From positions 26,786,001 to 26,850,000 of the forward strand of contig NC_086108.1 in NCBI RefSeq assembly GCF_963921235.1: a stretch of 64,000 nt of DNA, written 5' to 3'. Below the pieces are notes generated by a model. That model was not told where the DNA came from. It was given only the letters and a program-made list of their open reading frames with translations, and made no database searches. The translations under genes and the position numbers were made by a program. The DNA comes from Mobula hypostoma (taxonomy: Eukaryota). Of the stretch, positions 1-11,717 are shown one piece after another (the stretch's first letter is position 1; each line of letters begins with the position of its first letter).

Positions 1-563
1 GTTTTAGAAATCCATTGTGTTGCAAATGGTTGATATAGAAATCCTTTGTCATTTGTGCTTTATGCTTAATGGTTTGTAATTTGGAAATATTTATAAGTGA
101 GAGATCCTCTGTGAGATTTACAAGTGTTTTAAGAGTGTTGTTTGGATTTAAACGTATAACACTGAAAATAAATAAACTGCATTTTAAACTATTTTGTGAG
201 CTGTTGGTATCTTCCTATTGGTAGTGAGAAGGGAACCATCACTTGAATAATGGATATTGGCAACTAAGTTCACTGTAGAGAATACATATAGAAGCAAGCT
301 AGCTTTTGGAGATTGGGTAGTTAAAGTATAATCTCCCTTTAGTGAGAGTGCTCATGGCTATTTTATTATCAGAGAGTGCTTGATTACTTTGTTTAGAAAT
401 TTGTGTACTACGGTTGTGCAGCAATTACCATGATGTATTTCAGCATGGGGTCCACTTGCTCCACTTCAACTCTTTTATGAATTCAAGTCAACCATTTGCA
501 CAGCAGCACCTTCCTAATCCACCTTTAGAGCATACGCGCTTCAAGCACACACTATTTCAGCAT

Positions 564-812
564 GCAGAGTTTGGAGTTCAATCCTGGCATCCTCTGCAAG
601 GAGTTTGTATGTCTCCCCTGTGGAACATGTGGGTTTTCTCCAGGTCCACCATCCACCCCCTGCCCTCCAATGTCCAAAGACATACCGGTTAGTAGGTTAA
701 TTGGTCATTGTAAATTGTTCTGTGATTAGGGTAGGGTTAAACCTCGAGTTTGGCAGGTAGCACAGCTCAAAGGGCCAGAAGGGCCTATTCCACGATGCAT
801 TTCTAAATAAAT
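564..812 (+). mobile_element. V-SINE/HE1-like tRNA-derived SINE
   Basis: B-box-like GTTCAATCC, central TCCAAAGAC..GGTTAATTGG..TGTAAATTG block and CR1-like 3' tail (GAAGGGCCTATTCC..AAATAAATA); paralogues at 35771, 39057, 49520. Confidence 0.7.
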
Positions 813-1159
813 ACATGAAATATAAAGAAAGCCAATACCACCACAGAATGATTTGAATCAGAACATGTAATCCAAACCATTTCCTGGATTGGTTTCAGTT
901 GCTTGAGAGCCATGGAGGTTTTCTCTTTACAGTTCAGAGATTTTGTCAGTTTATTTCTCAAGATATTTTGTGTATGCATGTCTTAGAGCCATTGAGTTTG
1001 GCCTACCAAGACTGCAATGATTAGTAAGAGCTTCCACTTATGCATGTCCTGCACTAATCATTTTATTCTCCCTACATTTCCATCAACCCCTCAGTTATAC
1101 TCACCAACATTACTCATTGACAGGAGAAGGGAGTAGGCAGCATGGAATTACCTCATCAA

Positions 1160-1520
1160 CCAAGAAACACAGGGAGGTCTGCAGATGCTGGAAATCCAAA
1201 GCAACACAAACTTGGAACTCAGCAGGTCAGCATCAATGGAAATGGCTAAACAGTCAACGTTTTGGGCCAGGACCCTTCTTCAGTACTGGAAAGGAAGGGA
1301 GAAGACACCAGAATAAAAAGATGAGGGGAGGGAGGGTAGGTAAAGTCAGGTGGATAGGAAAGATAAAGGTCGAGAGGGGAAGGAATCTGACTGGACAGGA
1401 GAATGGACCACAGCAGAGAGGGAAAAAATTACTGGAAGGAGAAATCAATATTCATACCATCAGGTTAGAGGCTATCCAGATGGAATATAAGGTGTTGCTC
1501 CTCTTACTAATGTGCCTTTG
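1160..1520 (-). mobile_element. Penelope-like element 3' fragment with degenerate hammerhead
   Basis: CTGCAGATGCTGGAAAT..GGAACTCAGCAGGTCAG end block; reverse complement of 1251-1290 resembles the hammerhead at 11190. Confidence 0.6.
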
Positions 1521-1928
1521 TGTAATGGGAGGAAATTGGAGCACATGATGGACTCAGAGAGAGAACAAATTTCACACAGACAGCACAAGAGGTCAGGATT
1601 GAATCCAGATCACTGGATTAATGAAGAGGAACTCTTCTAACTGCACCACTGTGCATGTTTTAAGACAGGTCCAATCATTTAAACATAACACCAAAGACAC
1701 AGCAAGTTCATCAGCGTTTGAAAGGTTTAATGGTTTCAAATATCCTCAGTTTCATTGAAGCCAAAAGAACTAGCAGTTTGCTAAAATAAATTAAAAACAA
1801 CTTAAACAAAACAGCAATTCATCTGCTTGACAGATGCTGTCTGATCTGCGAAATGTTCTGAGTTTTATTGCTCTCGCGGATGGCTGATTGTAGGTTTGGA
1901 CTTGGTTGGCAAAGGGCCTATTTTGTGT

Positions 1929-1935
<7 letters not shown>

Positions 1936-1965
<30 letters not shown>
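1936..1965. repeat. (CT)n microsatellite
   Basis: Direct reading. Confidence 0.95.
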
Positions 1966-1969
<4 letters not shown>

Positions 1970-2139
1970 ATTCTCAACTTAAGAATGTCAGCATCTGCAA
2001 TATTACATTTTATTTGAACCACATTCATTCCTTCATGAATGTCTTGTGTTCTCTCTCTCCCCCAATGACTCCTAATTTCAGAATGTCAGCATCTGGAGTA
2101 GACATTTTATTTGAACCATAAAGGTTGTTAGGTTGGTTG

Positions 2140-2840
2140 GAATTAACTCCTGTCAGCAAGAATAACGAACTGATTGTTGACTTCAGAAAGGGTAAGACAA
2201 GGGAATACACACTAGTCCTCATATGGGGATTAGAAAAGCCCCCAATCTCAAGTTCCTGGGTGTCAAAATCTCTGAGGATCTAGCCTGGACTCAACATATC
2301 AATGCAGCTATAAAGAAGGCACAACCATACCTATATTTCATTAGGAATTTGAGGATATTTTGTATGTCACCGGAAACACTAGTAAATTTCTTTACATGTA
2401 CTATAGGGAGCACTCTAACTGGCTGCATCATCATTTGATATGGGGGTAAGTGGGCTACTGCACAGGATTGAAATAAGCTGCAGAGATTTGCAAACTTAGA
2501 CAGCTCCATCATGGGCACTAGCATCCATAGTATGCAGGACATCTTCAAGGAGCAATGCTTCAAAAAGTTGGCGTCCATCATTAAGGACACCCATCACCCA
2601 GGTCATGCCTAATTCTCATTGCTACCATCAGGAAGGAGGTATAGGAGCCTGAAGCATACACTCACTGATTCAGGGAACAGCTTCTTCCCCTCTGCCATCA
2701 GATTTCTGAATGAACATCGAATCCATGAACACTACCTCACTCTTTTTTTATCTCTATTTTTGCACCATTTAATTTAACTGTTTTATGCTAAGACAACAAA
2801 TTTCACGGCATATGCCGCTGATATTAAAGTTGATTGTGAA
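2140..2840 (+). mobile_element. Rex1/Babar LINE 3' fragment (decayed)
   Basis: KFLGVKISEDLAW..LTGCI, HPGHALFSLLPSGRRYRSL-like and NSFFP motifs; homologous to 25800-26579. Confidence 0.85.
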
Positions 2841-3719
2841 CACATGAATGATACAATAAACAGCCATCCACCAAATGAGGAGGCATTTCACTCCTTTGCT
2901 CTTATTCCTGCATGTTATATATAGCAATTAAGTGCAGAAAAAGACAGTTAGTAGATATATAGTGCGCAGCAAAATGCAAAGTGGAAATCTGAACATTATT
3001 AGCTTCACTCATGAGAAAATCAACATTACTCAGCCAGGAAGGCAGAAATCAATTGTCTCATACAACTTATCTGTACTCCCACATTGTAATATATTGGCTA
3101 CACTCTACTTAAAAGGAATGCCTGGAAATAAAACTAAAATGCTTAGCAGGTCAGAATCATAATTCTGTGAGCAAATCATGACTTCTATCCAATTGAGAAA
3201 GGCAGCAACAAGACTTGGTAAAGGTTGCTGCAGTTATAATGTACCTCTCTGCATCTTTATAAATGACAGTAACAAATGAGGCTCAATGCTAGCTAATAAA
3301 TCTGTCAGCGGGCTGGCAATGAATCACAATCAAAGTCTTGTACAAGAGATCTTCAAAGCTTTCTGTGTGTTTCCTCGACCATGACCACTGAATAACAATG
3401 TTACAGAACCTCTCTGTAAATAGAGATAAACAATATCTGTGCCCACCAAAGTAATCTCAAAGACATCATAGATAGCTAGAGGATACCACATCCTGTTTTC
3501 ATAAATCATTCTCCCAGTTTCATTTTTTCCCTTCCCCACCATCCCCCCTCAAAGTTCATGCATTTGTCCTGGTTCAGAATTTAACATTATTTTACCTTGA
3601 ATATGTTGGGCCAGCATCACTTATTGTTGGACAAGGTAACACAGAGGTTAAATGTGGCATAAAGAACTGTCTACCTTCTTGCTTCAGGCACTGTCAAGGT
3701 AACCACAATGACATCCAAA

Positions 3720-4045
3720 CATATCATAGAGCACAGAATGATACACAGAAACAGGCCCTTTGGTCCATCTAACCCCTGCTGAACTGTTAGTCCTATCAAC
3801 CCACACCTGGGCCATAGCCCTCCTATATACCCCTCCCATCCATGTATTTATTCAAATTCCTTTTAATTGTTGCAATCTTTCCCATACCCACTATTTCCAT
3901 TGGGAGCTCATTCCACACTGGCATCACTCAATGAGGGCGGAAATTCCCCCTCATGTTCCCCGTTAATACTTCACCTTTCATGTTAAACATATGACCTCTA
4001 ATTCTAGTCTCACCCAACATCAGCGGAAAAAGACTGCTTGCATTT
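3720..4045 (-). mobile_element. CR1 LINE 3' end
   Basis: ACAGAAACAGGCCC..TCATTCCACAC..CCCCCTCATGTTCCC; homologous to CR1 3' ends at 11718 and 42062. Confidence 0.7.
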
Positions 4046-4299
4046 GTTAGGGCCTATTCTGGAATTATGGTATGTAGCATATATTAATTTCAACAATCAA
4101 TCTTCAGATCTGTATGTTGATTGTCAATTTAGTTTAAAATGCACCCAGAGGAATGCCCCCAAATGCTCTGATTGTGAACAAAGTCACCGGAGAGAAACTG
4201 AAGCTGGTGGATACAGAAGTCTATATTCAGCAGGCATCATACTGCAAGCACTATTGGAAGAAGAGGCCTGTCTGAGCCAATACAACACGACGTGAGTCT

Positions 4300-4410
4300 T
4301 GCCATTGAATATACTTTTTTCCATAGATACTGCCTGGCTTGCTGAGTTCTTCCAGCATTTTGTGTGTGTTGATTGGATTTCCAGCATTTGCAGATTTTCT
4401 CTTATTTCCC
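4300..4410 (+). mobile_element. Penelope-like element 3' terminus
   Basis: CATAGATACTGCCTGGCTTGCTGAGTTCTTCCAGCA..TTTCCAGCATTTGCAG; same block as 11240-11285 and reverse complement of 1160-1240. Confidence 0.6.
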
Positions 4411-4779
4411 ATTGTTCTAGATGCATTTTAAACTCAACGGTCCTCAACTCCTGGCAACATCCTTGTAAACTTTCTCTGTACTCTTTCAATCTTATTGATA
4501 TCTTTAGTGTAGGTAGGTGACCAGAACTTCACACAATACTCCAAATCCAGTTTGTTAGCTAGCAGTGAACTGCCAGCCAGTTGGAGAAAAAGCAAGGGAG
4601 AAGTAAAGCCTCCTTCGTGTTTCCATCTCAGACTCCCTATTCAGTTAGTTCATGTAGACTAATGCCTACTCTGCACTACACAAAAAAAATCAGGGATATT
4701 TCTACCTTCAGAAGAAGATCCACGTTCAGGTTGAAGACTGGTTGCTGTTGAAACTTGCTACATTTCATAACTCCAGAAT

Positions 4780-5290
4780 ACATCCTAACACATTCACCCT
4801 ATCTATAGGATATATATACATCCTATAGATATCTATAGCCTCATAATTTTATATATTTTTTTGTGTGCCATACTCTGCCAGAGCCTCGGCGATCACTTGG
4901 AGGAAAGATTCTGTGAGTGGTCCCCCACGTCTTTCTCACAGCGCAATTTTTTTTTACGAGGCCGAGTTGCGAGCTCAACACTCAACCAGGCACGGATGGA
5001 AAGCGTGCCCAGGAGTGGCCTGACTGGATTCGAACTGGGGAACCTTCGCTCTGGAGTCCAGTGCTGATGTCACTGCACCACCAGCTGGCCATATATATAC
5101 CTGTATCAAATCTCCCCTCATTCTCCTGCACACAAGGGAATAAAGTCCCAACCAATTCAATCTTTCCATATAACTCAGGTCCTCAACTCCTGGCAACATC
5201 CTTGTAAACTTTCTCTGTACTCTTTCAATCTTATTGATATCTTTAGTGTAGGTAGGTGACCAGAACTTCACACAATACTCCAAATCCAGT
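4780..5290 (-). mobile_element. CR1 LINE fragment interrupted by a SINE
   Basis: ORF 4975-5334(-): LEYCVKFWSP..IERVQRKFTRMLPG..RMRGDLIQVY (CR1 ORF2 C-terminus). Confidence 0.85.
4857..5090 (-). mobile_element. tRNA-derived SINE with poly(A) tail
   Basis: Minus strand: A box TGGTGCAGTGA, B box GTTCGAATCC, A-tail; ATATAT on both flanks (4851-4856, 5091-5096); relative at 27848-27983. Confidence 0.8.
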
Positions 5291-5519
5291 TTGTTAGCTA
5301 GCAGTGAACTGCCAGCCAGTTGGAGAAAAAGCAAGGGAGAAGTAAAGCCTCCTTCGTGTTTCCATCTCAGACTCCCTATTCAGTTAGTTCATGTAGACTA
5401 ACGCCTACTCTGCACTACACAAAAAAAATCAGGGATATTTCTACCTTCAGAAGAAGATTTGATATTTCGTTGGCTTTATTAGGGACAGTTACTTCTTTTC
5501 AATGAAATTGATTTTTTTT

Positions 5520-8246
5520 CTCGATGAGTGGCAATCAGCACGAGAGGTTGTTGATTGGTACTGCAGCGTGAGGTTTCAAAAGAGCCCTGGTGCTTTTCAG
5601 ATCTTCTCTTGGTGGGTGGCAATCAGCACGAGAGGTCATCCGTTGTAATGCAGTGCGATGTTTAAGAAGATCTCAGGGACTTTTTTAGGCTTTTTTTCTT
5701 GGTGGGTTGCAATCAGCGTGGAGCCAGCAAAAAGAATGAAGGTGTAAGTTGAGATGCCACTGTTGGAGCGGGCCATTGTTAGAGTGGTCTGGCTATGGGC
5801 AAACACAGATGAAGGTTCTGAGTAAGTAAGACATTTTCTAGTAAGTTGTTTCCTGTTATTCCATAGCTAGTGCATTGAGAACGTATCTGGATGTAGTGGT
5901 CTGTTCTTTGTGTGAAATGTGGGAAATTTGGGAGACCGCCAGTCTCCTTGGTAACTACATCTGCGCAAAGTGCATCAAGCTACAGCTCCTTAGAGAACAT
6001 GTTAAGGATTTAATTAGGAAGCTTAAGGTAAACGGACACTTAGGAGGCAGTGATCGTAATATGATAAAATTCACACTCCAGTCTAAGAAGGAGAAGATAA
6101 ATTTGGATACAGTGGAGTAAGGGGAATTACAGAGGCATGAGAGAGGAGCTGGCTAAAGTTAATTAGAAGGGCACATTAGCAGGAATGGAAGCAGAACAGC
6201 AACGGCTGGTGTTTCTAGGGGAAATTCGCAAGGCACAGGAAAGATACGTCCCAAAGATGAAGTATTCTAAAGGGAGTATGGGGCAACTATGTCTGACAAG
6301 GGAAATCAAAGACAGCAAAAATACAAATGTGAGAACATATAATATAGGAAAAAAGTAGAGGGAAGTAGAGGATTGGGAAACGTTTCAAAACCAGCAGATG
6401 GCAACTAAAAAGACATAAAGTGAGAAAGGATGACATATGAAGGTATAAAAAAGGATACAATAAGTTTTTTTCAGATATATAAGTAAAGGAATGATGTGAG
6501 GGGATATCGGACCACTGGAAAATGATGCTGGAGAAATAATAATGGGGGACAAAGAAATGGTTAAGGATCTTAATATGTATTTTACATCAGACTTCCCTGT
6601 GGAAAACATTAGTAGAATGTTAGAAATGGTAGAGTGTCAGAGGTCAGAGGTGACTGTCATTGCTATGATGAAGGAGAAAGTGCTTGGGAAGCTGAAAAGT
6701 CTGAAGGTAGGTATATTACCTGGACCAGATGGATGACACTCCAAGATTTTGAAAGAGGTAGCTGAAGAGTTTGTGGAGGCACTAGCAATGATCTTCCAAG
6801 AGTTACTGGATTCTGGAAAGGTTCCTGAAGACTGGAAAATTGCGGATGTTACTCCTCTCTTTAAGAAGGGAAGGAGGCAGAAGAAGTGAGATTATAGGGC
6901 AGGTAGCCTGACTTCAGTGGTTGGAAAGACATTGGAGTCCATTATTAAAGGCGATGTTTCAGGGTATTTCTAGGTACATGATAATGTAGGCCAAAGTCAG
7001 CATTGCTTTCGAAAGGGGAAATCTTGCCTGACAAATACGTTGGAATTATTTGAGGAAATTGCAGGCAGGATAGACAAAGGAGTGTCAGTGGATGTTGTTT
7101 ATTTGGATTTTCAGAAGGTCTTTGACAAGGTACCACACAGGAGGCTGCTAAAGAAAATAAGAACCCATGGTATTACAGGAAAAATACTAAACTGGATAGA
7201 AGATTGGCTGACTGGCAGGATGCAAAGAGTGGGAATAAAGGAGGATTTTTTTGGTTGGCTGCCCGGGATGAGTGGTGTGTCACAGGAGTCAGTGTTGGGA
7301 ATCGCTTCCTTTCATGTTATGTCAATGATTTGGAAGAAGGAATTGATGGCTTTGTGGCCAGGTTTGCAGATGATATAAAGATATGTGAAGGGCAGGTCGT
7401 GTTGAGGAACCAGGGTGTCCGCAAAAGAACTTTAACAGGTTGGGGGAATGGACAAAGAATTGGCAGATGGAATATAATGTAGGGAAGTGCATGGTCATGC
7501 ATTTTGTCAGAAGGAGTAAAGATGTGGATTATTTTGTAAATGGAGAGAAAATTTAAAAAGCAGAGGTGCAGAGGGACTTGGGATTTCTCATGAGTAGATT
7601 CCCTAAAGGTTAACTTTCATGTTGAGTTGGTGGTAAGGAAGGCAAATGCAATGTCAGCATTCATTTCAAGAGGACTAGAATACAAAAGAAAGTTTGGAAT
7701 GCTGGGGCTTTATAAGGCATTGGTCCAACTGCATGGAGTATGGTGAGCAGTCTTGGGCTCCTTATCTAAGAATTGATGTGCTGGCATCGGAGAGAGCCTA
7801 GAGGAGGTTCATGAGAATGATCCGAGGAATGAAAGTGTTAACATATGAGTGTTTGATGGCTCTGTGTCTGTACTCGCTGGAGTTTAGAAGAATGAGAGGG
7901 GATCTCATTGAAACCTACCGGATCGAATAATGAAAGGTCTCGATAGAGTGGATGTGGAGAGGATGATTCCTATAGTGGAAGAGTCTCAGAATTGAGGGAC
8001 ATCCATTTAGAACAGAGATGAGGAAAAGTTTATTTAGCTAGAGAGTGGTGAATCTGTGGAATTTTTTGCCACAGGCAGCTGTGCAGGCCAAGTTATTAAG
8101 GTGGATGTTGATTTGTTCAAAAGTTCCAGGGAGGGCAGGAGAATGGGTTGAGAGGGATAATAAATCAGTCATGGTAGCATAGCAGAGCAGACACAATGGG
8201 CCAAATGAGCTAATTCTGCTCCTAGGACTTATGGTCTTATGGTCTT
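5520..8246 (+). mobile_element. CR1 LINE, internally deleted pseudo-copy (5'UTR, ORF1 zinc finger, ORF2 RT)
   Basis: ORF1 CSLC..CAKC zinc-finger remnant fused to GGSDRNMIKF; RT motifs VDVVYLDFQKVFDKVPH and FADD; (CTTATGGT)n tail at about 8228-8246. Confidence 0.9.
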
Positions 8247-9354
8247 CAATTTTGACATAGTCAAACAAATGATAGTACTCTTCTATTAGACTGGGTGGAT
8301 TAATATACCACTGCCAGAAGAACTGTAACCCATTGGATACCATATTTTCCTCGATTACTAAAGCATTATGATGTTAATGAGAGGCTGGGTATTCAATGTC
8401 CATGACAACGAACATTCCTCAGAAGCTGGTGAGTAAACTGTCTTTGATAGGTCTCAACACCTCCCTTTGTAACTGGTTCTTGGACTTCTTGACAGAGAGA
8501 CCTCAGACAGTCAGTATGGTCACAATATCTCTAGCTCCATCAAGCTGAGCAACATCTCTGCCAGAGCTGCATGCTTGGCTCTCTGTTGTCGACACTGCTG
8601 ATGCATGAGTGTACTGCTCAGCCCAGTTCTAATAGTTTCACTAAGTTTGTTGTTGACACAACAGTGGTTGGCCTCATCAACAACAATGATGATTCAGCAG
8701 ACAGCAAGGAGGCAGGGCAGCTTGTGGACTGATATGAACACAGAAGCTTGTGTTTCAACATGGACAAGACTAAAGAGATGATTGTGAACTACAGGAAAAT
8801 GCAGGCTGACCACTCCCTACTGCATATCAATGGCTCCTCCGTGCAGAGAGTCAGGAGCACCAAGTTTCTCAGAATGCACGTTACGAATGAACTCATCAGG
8901 TCCCGCAATACAACCTCTTTAGTTAAGAAAGCACAATAGTACTTCCAATTTTTGGGGAGATTGAGAAGAATGGGACTCCCCATTCCAATTCTTGCCACGT
9001 TCTACCGGAGCAGCATCGAGAGTGTCCAAACCAATTGTATTACCGTTTGGACTGGTAATTGCAAGGCATTTGACCACAAGACACTGCAACAGATTGTGAG
9101 GACAGCAGAGAGAATCAGCATGGTCTCTCTCCCCACCCCATCCAGGTCAAATATCAGAAGCACTGTGCTCACAGTGCCCTCAGTATTGTCAAGAATCCCT
9201 CCCATCTGTCCCACAATCACTTTGATATCCCACTGCAGTATAAAGACAAGGACAATTAGCATAGTTTACAGCTTTGTTCCCTCAGGCTGTGAGATTTCTG
9301 AATACACTGCTACCACCCAAGACACATTATTTATGACAGCACCTGTCAACATAT

Positions 9355-9565
9355 CATCATCATCATCAGGTGCTATGCCCAGTCTGAGCTTTGACTGCCA
9401 TGGCCCACACACTCCTGTTTTGGGTCAAGTGGATCAATTCATTGGTATTCATTTCCAGTTCTCTGGCTGCTGTCTCCATCATCATTTGTCTTTGTCTTCC
9501 TCTTGCTTTCTTCCCTTCAATCGTTCCCATAATTACCATGCATTCTAACTTGTCTCTCCTAATCA
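9355..9565 (-). mobile_element. RTE-clade LINE, 5'-truncated 3' end
   Basis: IMGTIEGKKARGRQR C-terminus, (TGA)n tail, 8-bp TSD CAACATAT (9347-9354, 9566-9573); near-identical to 62465-62672. Confidence 0.9.
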
Positions 9566-9690
9566 CAACATATACAGTTGTATATTTAGCTATATGTGGT
9601 ATATGTACTTTATGTCAGCATGTATATCTACAGATTCTTTTCTTTGTTAATATTATTTTGTTAATTTTATTTTATGTGCTGTATGTGATT

Positions 9691-10175
9691 TATAGTACCG
9701 TGCAAAAGAGATGGACACATGTATATAGCTTGCATGCTTAAGACTTTTCACAGTACTATATTTGTCAATGCGGAGAAGAGAGCGAGATTGTAAATCTGGT
9801 GGGAGCAAAGGATGTTAGGAATGGCAAGGGCTGGGCACCGCGGTGGGGGGGGTGGTGTGGGACAGGTGGAGAGGAGTGTCAGGGTGGGTGTGGGTGTAGA
9901 TGCAGACACACCTAATATGAGACACCAGACAAGGTCACTTGATTCCGAACAATTGGCTTACTGATAATTGCAGAATATCTCTTTGGTGCTTCCTGCTCCC
10001 TCCCCTTTCCCTTCCCAATTTCCCAACCATGATTCCCCTCTCCCTGCCCCCCTCCCACTCAGTCCACAATAGAGGCCCATAGCAGAATCAGGTTTATCAT
10101 CACTCACATATATCATGAAATTTGTTTTTTTTCAGCAGCAATACAGTGAAATGCATAAAATTACAACAGTACTGT
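9691..10175. mobile_element. Composite non-autonomous Tc1-like element
   Basis: TAGTACCGTGCAAAAG..AAGACTTTTCACAGTACTA mini-TIR pair; body is the inverted homologue of 20436-20836. Confidence 0.55.
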
Positions 10176-11113
10176 GGTTTGCAATGTGGTCCCAGCTGAA
10201 CACCATTTCATTTAGCTGTATACATATGTATGATTGAATTACAATAAACTTGAACTTGAGCAAGGACATGTGGTCCTAAGCTCAGCTTTTCAGGATAGCA
10301 GAAAAAAAACCTGTCCAGGGTTCAAGATGATAATCATCAAATAATTTAAACTCCTCACTTCTACTCTTTGCTCATCCTTTTGAACTAAAAAAGAGAATCA
10401 ATACTTCCATATTGACCTGATTAAGATTGTGATCTGGTTGGGAGAAACACCATTGTTGATATTAACCTAAACAAGATGCTTCATCCATTTGAACTGATTA
10501 ATTCAATTATGAAATACTGTTTGCAGATGAGATTGTTACTAGGTGAATGGTAAAATAATATTTTAAATAGTAGAAGGCAGTAAGGCTTGTTCGGATTTAC
10601 AGGAATAAAGGCATAGAATCCACTCCTCAGCCTTGTCTAGGTCTGAGTTTACTTTGCGTGATGCACGATGTGTTTGCCTACAACTCATTGACATTTGTTC
10701 CAGTTTGTCAGAATTCTACTTCTGTTTTGGAAATTCTTTATAGAGTAATAATATTTGTTAATATGTGCAAAATATAATGCATCCATTTAAAAATACATTA
10801 ACGGTTTAATCTGCTTCATTATCTGAAAGTATGTCCTCCTATTTGAAATTTGAAATATTGATCATTGACAGATGATCACATTTGACAGATGCTATGACAT
10901 TCTGAATGTTCATAACACCAGGCTGAAGGACAGCTTCTATCCCACTGTAATCGGACTGTTGAATGGATTTCTTCTGTGATAAGTTGTACTCTTGATCTCA
11001 CAATCTACCTCATTATGATCTTTCACTGTATCATTTACTTGCACCACACTTTATTCTGCATTGTTCTGATTTGTTCTGCAGGTGATAGAGAAGGGACACG
11101 CTCAGACCGATGG

Positions 11114-11285
11114 CTCCTATGTTCTCCTATCATGTTGGATCTCCCCCTCCCCTCCCACTTTCAAATCTCTTACTAGCTCTTCTTTCAGTTAGTCCTGACG
11201 AAGGGTCTCGGCCCGAAACGTCGACTGTACCTCTTCCTAGAGATGCTGCCTGGCCTGCTGCATTCACCAGCAACTTTGATGTGCG
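11114..11285 (+). mobile_element. Penelope-like element terminal fragment inserted in CR1
   Basis: Contains hammerhead and GATGCTGCCTGGCCTGCTG..CCAGCA end block; TGG on both flanks (11111-11113, 11286-11288). Confidence 0.75.
11190..11227 (+). ncRNA. Minimal type I hammerhead ribozyme
   Basis: Helix I TAGTC/GACTG, core CTGACGA, extra A, helix II GGG-TCTCGG-CCC, GAAA, palindromic ACGT helix III, GTC cleavage triplet (after 11222). Confidence 0.8.
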
Positions 11286-11717
11286 TGGTTTGAGATGTGT
11301 CTATTTTAACGCGAGGAGTATTATGAATAAAGCGGATGAGCTCAGAGCATGGATCAGCACTTGGAGTTATGATGTTGTGGCCATTACAGAGACTTGGATG
11401 GTGCAGGGGCAGGAATGGGTACTTCAAGTGCCAGGCTTTAGATGTTTCAGAAAGGACAGGGAATGAAGCAAAAGAGGTGGGTGTGTGGTACTGTTGATCA
11501 GAGATAGTATCACGGCTGCAGAAAAGGAGGAAGTCATGGAGGGGTTGCCTACAGAGTCTCTGTGGGTGGAAGTTAGGAATAAGAAGGGGTCAATAATTCT
11601 ACTGGTTGTTTTTTATAGACCACCCAATTGTAACAGGGACATCGAGGAGCAGATAGGGAGACAGATTCTGGAAAGGAGTAATAATAACAGGGTTGTTGTG
11701 GTGGGAGATTTTAATTT

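Larger units (their letters stand above)
4439..5458. repeat. 281-bp direct repeat (4439-4719 and 5178-5458)
   Basis: Copies identical by eye except T4663/C5402. Confidence 0.9.
8340..10260 (+). mobile_element. Rex1/Babar LINE (decayed) carrying RTE and MITE inserts
   Basis: KTKEMIVNYRK, TKFL, FYRSSIESV..CITVW motifs; AATAAACTTGAACTTGA tail at about 10245-10260. Confidence 0.8.

Noticed and set aside
4857..5090. tRNA genes here and at 27848, 35771 and 63434
   Set aside because: A/B boxes are followed by SINE bodies and tails, with TSDs in some copies; there is no complete cloverleaf
5525..5720. CRISPR-like repeat-spacer pattern
   Set aside because: The intervening parts are homologous to each other (tandem monomers), the context is eukaryotic and there are no cas genes
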